DNA from: an archaeon
GTDB taxonomy: Archaea; Iainarchaeota; Iainarchaeia; Iainarchaeales; Iainarchaeaceae
DNA: 11,695 nt
Direction: 5' to 3'
NCBI GenBank assembly: GCA_035289485.1
Contig: DATDXA010000037.1
Coordinates: forward strand, 1-11,695
The notes below the pieces were generated by a model. It made no database searches and was not told where the DNA came from. It was given only the letters and a program-made list of their open reading frames with translations. Positions 7,199 through 11,695 of this stretch are shown here, piece after piece; positions within the stretch are counted from its first letter, which is position 1; each line of letters opens with the position of its first letter. The position numbers were made by a program, and so were the translations under genes.

Positions 7199-7582
7199 GT
7201 GGGCATTGTGAGCGTTTCAATTGGCAGCGAGGAGCTAAGCGAGATAGAATCGTTGCAGCGCGAGCTTGGCATTTCAGGGCGAAGCGAGATAATGCGCATG
7301 GGCATAAAGAAGCTTTCCTCGGACCAGAAGGAACTATCGTCCCTTTCTGGAAACATTGATTGTGTGCTACTTGTTGTGCACAAGCACGATTCCACCCACG
7401 CGGTTGCAGAAATCAGGCATGATTTCGAAAGCATGATAAGGACGCAGCTCCATAGCCATATAGCAAAGGACAAGTGCCTTGAAATCCTTGTCGCATCGGG
7501 AGATTCTAATAAGGTGAAAAAAATGGTTAAGGCATTTGAATCGCTCAAAAAGGTGGATTATGTCAAGCTGGTGGTGCCATGA
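7199..7582 (+). CDS. NikR/CopG family ribbon-helix-helix metal-responsive transcriptional regulator
   Basis: RHH N-terminus (IVSVSI...LG.SGRSEIMR) and ACT-like metal domain H-x10-H-x-H-x5-C (RHDFESMIRTQLHSHIAKDKCLE), the spacing of E. coli NikR H76/H87/H89/C95. GTG start with GGGGTG SD. Confidence 0.9.
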   Translation: MGIVSVSIGSEELSEIESLQRELGISGRSEIMRMGIKKLSSDQKELSSLSGNIDCVLLVVHKHDSTHAVAEIRHDFESMIRTQLHSHIAKDKCLEILVASGDSNKVKKMVKAFESLKKVDYVKLVVP

Positions 7583-7962
7583 AAAGCATCAATTCCCCAA
7601 GCGCGCCAACGCCGATTGGCCCATATTCACAGGCAATCCTCGCTGGCGACTTCCTCTTTGTTTCAGGGCATGTTGGCAACGAAGCGCAAAGCGGAAAAAT
7701 AGTTGAAGGCGGCATTGCCGCCCAAACAAAGCAGGTTATGGAAAACCTTGGCGCAATCCTCAAAGACGCTGGATTGGGATTTGACGATGTGATAAAGTGT
7801 GAAATTTACCTAAAAGACATTGCCGATTTCAAAGTGGTAAATGGAATTTATGGCTCGTTTTTCCCAAATGCGCACAAGCCCGCGCGCCAGACAATGCAGG
7901 TTGCGGCGCTGCCTCTGGGCGCACTTATTGAGATTTCGTGCATTGCACACTTCAAAAAGTGA
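7579..7962 (+). CDS. ridA: RidA (YjgF/YER057c/UK114) enamine/imine deaminase
   Basis: APTPIGPYSQA, FVSG, AQTKQVMENL, catalytic Arg in KPAR, LPLGALIEI. ATGA overlap with the regulator stop. Confidence 0.93.
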   Translation: MKSINSPSAPTPIGPYSQAILAGDFLFVSGHVGNEAQSGKIVEGGIAAQTKQVMENLGAILKDAGLGFDDVIKCEIYLKDIADFKVVNGIYGSFFPNAHKPARQTMQVAALPLGALIEISCIAHFKK

Positions 7963-7986
7963 ATGTTCAAATTTTGCCAATTTGGT

Positions 7987-7998
7987 GGAATTTTAAAC
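7987..7998 (+). promoter_or_regulatory. Putative BRE/TATA for leuCD
   Basis: GGAA-TTTTAAAC about 40 nt upstream of the TTG start, with SD-like AAGGTG between them. Confidence 0.45.
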
Positions 7999-8038
7999 CC
8001 TTTTCAATCCAGTTTATCCTATTCAAAGGTGTCAAGTT

Positions 8039-9439
8039 TTGGGCGAAAATCTCTTCAACAAAGTGTGGCAACTGCACGAAGTGCAAAAGCTGCCAAATGG
8101 CGAGAGCCAGCTATTTATCGGCCTGCATCTAATCCACGAGGTCACAAGCCCGCAGGCGTTCCAGATGATTCGCGAGCAGAAACTCAAGGTAGCTTTCCCG
8201 CAGCGCACAATTGCAACAGTTGACCACATCGTCCCGACTGCAAGCCAGCAAAGGCCGTTTTCGGATCCAATGGCAGAGCAGATGATGCAGGCACTTGAGC
8301 GCAACGCCAAAGAATACGGAATCACATTTTTTGGCCCGGATTCTGGGAAGCAGGGAATTGTTCATGTAATCGGCCCGGAGCTCGGGCTCACTCAGCCCGG
8401 CATGACAATTGCATGCGGCGATTCGCACACGAGCACACACGGAGCATTTGGCGCCGTGGCATTTGGAATTGGGACTTCGCAGGTGCGTGATGTTTTGGCT
8501 TCACAGTGCCTTGCAATAACAAAACCAAAGGTGCGCAAGATTGATGTTTCAGGAAAACTTGGCAAGGGCGTGTACTCTAAGGATGTGATTTTAAAAATCA
8601 TCCAAGAGCTCGGAGTGAATGGCGGCATCGGATACGCTTACGAATATGCCGGTGAAACTTTTGAGAATATGAGCATGGAAGAGCGCATGAGCGTTTGCAA
8701 TATGAGCATCGAAGGAGGGGCACGTGCGGGGTATGTAAACCCTGACCAGAAAACTTTTGATTACATAAATGGTCGCGAGTTCGCTCCGCAGGGCGAGGCG
8801 TTCGAGCGTGCGGCGGCGTGGTGGAAATCAATCGCATCGGACAAGGGCGCGAAATTCGATGATGTTTTCAAAATGGATGTCTCAAAACTTGCCCCGATGG
8901 TCACATGGGGAATAAACCCGGGGCAGGCCATTTCAGTTGAGGAAAATATCCCAAATCCCTCTGATTTACCACAGAGCCAGAGGCAGACAGCGCAGGAAGC
9001 GATAGAGCACATGGGGCTTGAATCCGGCTCTCCGATTGCGGGCACGAAAATAGATGTCGCATTCATTGGCTCTTGCACCAATTCGCGCATTTCGGATTTG
9101 CGCGAGGCCGCAAAAATCGTTGAAGGGCAGCACGTTGCAAAGGGAGTGAAAGCGCTTGTGGTTCCTGGCTCTCAGCAGGTGAGCGTTCAGGCGATGAAGG
9201 AAGGCTTGCACAAGGTTTTTGAAAAAGCCGGATTTGAATGGCGCTTTGCGGGGTGCTCGATGTGCCTTGCAATGAATCCGGATAAACTTGTCGGCAATCA
9301 AATAAGCGCATCCTCTTCAAACCGAAACTTCAAAGGAAGGCAGGGCTCTGCGCAGGGGCGCACATTGCTAATGAGCCCTGCGATGGTTGCCGCCGCGGCA
9401 ATAAATGGAAAAGTGACTGATGTTAGGGGGATGATGTAG
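8039..9439 (+). CDS. leuC: 3-isopropylmalate dehydratase large subunit
   Basis: [34 protein letters not shown], [4Fe-4S] ligands GSCTN and [18 protein letters not shown] start. Confidence 0.97.
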   Translation: MGENLFNKVWQLHEVQKLPNGESQLFIGLHLIHEVTSPQAFQMIREQKLKVAFPQRTIATVDHIVPTASQQRPFSDPMAEQMMQALERNAKEYGITFFGPDSGKQGIVHVIGPELGLTQPGMTIACGDSHTSTHGAFGAVAFGIGTSQVRDVLASQCLAITKPKVRKIDVSGKLGKGVYSKDVILKIIQELGVNGGIGYAYEYAGETFENMSMEERMSVCNMSIEGGARAGYVNPDQKTFDYINGREFAPQGEAFERAAAWWKSIASDKGAKFDDVFKMDVSKLAPMVTWGINPGQAISVEENIPNPSDLPQSQRQTAQEAIEHMGLESGSPIAGTKIDVAFIGSCTNSRISDLREAAKIVEGQHVAKGVKALVVPGSQQVSVQAMKEGLHKVFEKAGFEWRFAGCSMCLAMNPDKLVGNQISASSSNRNFKGRQGSAQGRTLLMSPAMVAAAAINGKVTDVRGMM

Positions 9440-10045
9440 ATGAGCATTGTAAAACAGGTTGCAGGAAATGGCATTCCACTGCGTGGAGATGATATTGATA
9501 CTGACAGGATAATTCCCGCGCGCTACATGACCGAGATTACATTTGAGAACATGGGCAAATACGCGTTCTACGATGCGCGCTTTGGCCCTGACGGAAAGCC
9601 ACTGCATCACCCTTTCAATGAGGAAAAGTTCAGGGGCGGCTCGATTCTCATTGTGAACCGGAATTTCGGGTGCGGCTCCTCGCGCGAGCACGCCCCGCAG
9701 GCGCTCATGCGCTTTGGCATTAAGGCAATCGTTGGCGAGAGCTTTGCCGAGATTTTCGCAGGGAATTGCCAGCTCATGGGAATTCCCTGTGTTACCGCCC
9801 AGCCAGAGGAAATTAGGGCTCTGCAGGGATTCCTTGAAAACGGCGGCCAGGAAGAGTTGCTAAATCTAAATCTCGAAGAGAATGTGCTAAGTTATGACGA
9901 TGAAAACATTCCTGTTTCAATTCCGGACGCTCGGCGCAAAAACCTTCTCGCGGGCTCTTGGAACACTTTGGGGCTGCTAGTTGATGCGCTCCCAAAAACG
10001 CGGGAAAACGCAAAGAAACTGCCATATCTGGCAAATTTTAAGTGA
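9440..10045 (+). CDS. leuD: 3-isopropylmalate dehydratase small subunit
   Basis: DIDTDRIIPARY, NFGCGSSREHAPQAL, SFAEIFAGNC. Abuts leuC (TAGATG). Confidence 0.97.
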   Translation: MSIVKQVAGNGIPLRGDDIDTDRIIPARYMTEITFENMGKYAFYDARFGPDGKPLHHPFNEEKFRGGSILIVNRNFGCGSSREHAPQALMRFGIKAIVGESFAEIFAGNCQLMGIPCVTAQPEEIRALQGFLENGGQEELLNLNLEENVLSYDDENIPVSIPDARRKNLLAGSWNTLGLLVDALPKTRENAKKLPYLANFK

Positions 10046-10056
10046 AAAGCGTACGG

Positions 10057-10070
10057 GAAAGTATTAAATA
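10057..10070 (+). promoter_or_regulatory. Putative BRE/TATA promoter for the 10093 ORF
   Basis: GAAAG-TATTAAATA ends 22 nt before ATG 10093. Confidence 0.6.
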
Positions 10071-10092
10071 GCGGCGTACTTTTTTATTATTC

Positions 10093-10392
10093 ATGAAGCT
10101 TAGACTAAATTTTTCCAGCCCAGTTAAAACGGCTGTAAGAGTAATGCGCAGCCTGTCAACTAATTCGCGGGCAGAGCATAAGACTCAAAGAGCTTCCGCA
10201 TCCAAAGTAAAATTTCTGAACCCTGATTCCGTTCATTCTTTAATAGAAATTCAAAGCGATTCAATAAACTACCTTGAAAGCCGACTTTCCACTCTTTCTG
10301 CTAGTGAGAAAACAAGACTGGGGGCTTTGAAAAAAGAGGTTGCCCAGTTGAAAAAAATATTGCTAAAAGGCTCCAATTTGCAAAAAAATTAG
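10093..10392 (+). CDS. Small basic hypothetical protein (99 aa), C-terminal coiled-coil-like helix
   Basis: ORF fills the leuD to PEPCK-like gap and has its own TATA box. AT-rich (19/60 GC at 10201-10260). Heptad-like RLGALKKEVAQLKKIL. Confidence 0.6.
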   Translation: MKLRLNFSSPVKTAVRVMRSLSTNSRAEHKTQRASASKVKFLNPDSVHSLIEIQSDSINYLESRLSTLSASEKTRLGALKKEVAQLKKILLKGSNLQKN

Positions 10393-10413
10393 CTGTATTT
10401 TACAACTTGTATA

Positions 10414-11694
10414 TTATTCATTTTTCTTCTTTAGCATCTTTTCCATGAGCGCTTTGGCGGCGAGCTGCGGGCCTTTCATTTCCATGCCGTCAATTCCAAG
10501 CTGCGTGCGTATCTGCCCGACAAAAATTCCTTCCTTGAACATTGCATTGAAATATTTCTCAGCAAGAGGGTCGTGCTCGTCTTTGAGCTGCGTGGGCCCG
10601 AAAATATTAGCATAATATGAAGTGGTGATTCCCGATTCCTGCGTTGTGCCTTTAGCCATCCTCTTTCCTTCGCGGAAAACATCCATTGCTTCTTGCGGAG
10701 TTGAAAACTTTCCAAGATATACTCCGTCATCAGCCTTGTCATAATTGTTCGCGTAAAGAAAATAATCCACATGCCAGCCGTGCAGAACTTCTTTAAGTGT
10801 TGTAATTGGCACAACAACGCGCGCATTAATTTTGTGCGGGCTCATAATAATTGAACGGTCGAGCTGCCCGAACGCATACCCTGCCTCGAGGTCATCAAGG
10901 CGCACGAATGCCCCGGTTTCAGTTCCATAAGCGCGAATCTTCCCATCCTTTGTGAGTTCAAGTGAACCCATGTCATCAAAAACAACCTTCATTTCCTTCA
11001 AATTGTCTCCGCTAAGAATCCTGAAAGCCTCAATTGCTTCGCTCTTTCCCGCTCCGGAATCCCCGACAAAAACAATATTCGCTTTTTCGCCGCTCTTAAG
11101 TGTAATACGAACCATTGCGCCGTGCACTGGCAGGCGCCCGCGCTTTATCATAATGGCATTGTGAAGCGTTAGCATCATTTTCTTGATGTATCCAAAGTAT
11201 GCGAACTCCTCTCCGAGCGGAATCGCTCCCACCATCAGCTTATTTTTCTCATCATTATAGAACACCGTTTTTTCAGGCGCGTATTTTTTGAGCGCCTCGT
11301 GCGGGACACCGTATGCGTAAATCGCATCGGGCTTTCTTTTCAAATCCGCATCCGAGCAGAGTTCAAAAAGGTTTGCGGTCGCAATTGAAAGCCCAGTGTA
11401 AAAGTTGTGGAAATACAAATACACCACAAGGTCCCCGACCTTTGCAGGAAAGCAGAGCCATTCATCCGGATTGAACTTCAAGCCCTCAAGCGGGTTGGAA
11501 TCAACGAGCGCGAACTCCCCCTTGCGCTTGTTCATAGGAGGATCAATCATAATGGGCGGGTTCATGAGAACCTGCGTAATCACAGGCACAACTCCAAGAG
11601 CGGAATATTGCGCCGGAAGCTCGGTGCGCTTTGGCTTTGCAATCGCGCTCACCTGGCACCCGGCAGGAACCTGCCTGTAAATCAGGGGGTGCTC
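10414..11694 (-). CDS. Divergent phosphoenolpyruvate carboxykinase-like P-loop protein (5'-truncated by the window edge)
   Basis: Frame stays open upstream of GTG 11652 (EHPLIYRQVPAGCQ-V). PEPCK-like motifs in the expected order: YFGYIKK, LPVHGA, Walker A GDSGAGKSE, FDD, GTE.G, NAR. Confidence 0.78.
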   Translation of the reverse strand, partial: EHPLIYRQVPAGCQVSAIAKPKRTELPAQYSALGVVPVITQVLMNPPIMIDPPMNKRKGEFALVDSNPLEGLKFNPDEWLCFPAKVGDLVVYLYFHNFYTGLSIATANLFELCSDADLKRKPDAIYAYGVPHEALKKYAPEKTVFYNDEKNKLMVGAIPLGEEFAYFGYIKKMMLTLHNAIMIKRGRLPVHGAMVRITLKSGEKANIVFVGDSGAGKSEAIEAFRILSGDNLKEMKVVFDDMGSLELTKDGKIRAYGTETGAFVRLDDLEAGYAFGQLDRSIIMSPHKINARVVVPITTLKEVLHGWHVDYFLYANNYDKADDGVYLGKFSTPQEAMDVFREGKRMAKGTTQESGITTSYYANIFGPTQLKDEHDPLAEKYFNAMFKEGIFVGQIRTQLGIDGMEMKGPQLAAKALMEKMLKKKNE

Positions 11695-11695
11695 T

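Noticed and set aside
7199..7582. Assigning the symbol nikR
   Set aside because: The DNA-recognition strand differs and the context suggests another metal; left at family level.
7938..8223. Possible leucine attenuator or leader peptide upstream of leuC
   Set aside because: No Leu-codon run or terminator/antiterminator pair; the small ORFs overlap ridA or leuC, and the nearby inverted repeat depends on several G-U pairs.
8032..10034. Antisense ORFs within leuCD
   Set aside because: Shadows of conserved genes.
10414..11694. HPr kinase/phosphorylase call for the P-loop protein
   Set aside because: HG, GxSGxGKSE and DD are shared with HprK, but the length (>426 aa) and the KK and NAR motifs fit the PEPCK branch better.
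1..11695. tRNA, rRNA, CRISPR, IS element, prophage or defence system
   Set aside because: Intergenic gaps are all short (about 110 nt or less) with no cloverleaf or array, and no integrase, transposase or nuclease motifs were recognised.

Overview
Gene-dense chromosomal window, most likely from an archaeon. TATA boxes sit about 21-24 nt before several start codons, and GGTG-type Shine-Dalgarno motifs precede others. A DPANN-type lineage such as Iainarchaeota/Micrarchaeota is plausible but is an inference. In order, the window holds: a 5'-truncated carB; two divergent small orphan ORFs; a redox/metal/stress block (PRX-like thioredoxin-fold protein, non-canonical cupredoxin lipoprotein, VOC/glyoxalase, MsrQ-like ferric-reductase membrane protein, single-domain O6-alkylguanine transferase, ZIP transporter divergent from a NikR-family regulator, RidA); bacterial-type leuCD; a third orphan ORF; and a 5'-truncated divergent PEP-carboxykinase-like gene. 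No rRNA, tRNA, CRISPR array or mobile element was seen. The best leads are (i) a ZIP/NikR-like divergon with phased TGTTAATAAT repeats flanking the ZIP TATA box, (ii) three apparently leaderless orphan genes with basic, acid-free N-termini, one with a Rho_N/HeH-like C-terminus, and (iii) a cupredoxin whose blue-copper ligands are replaced by a His-rich set. All family calls come from motif recognition, not database searches.
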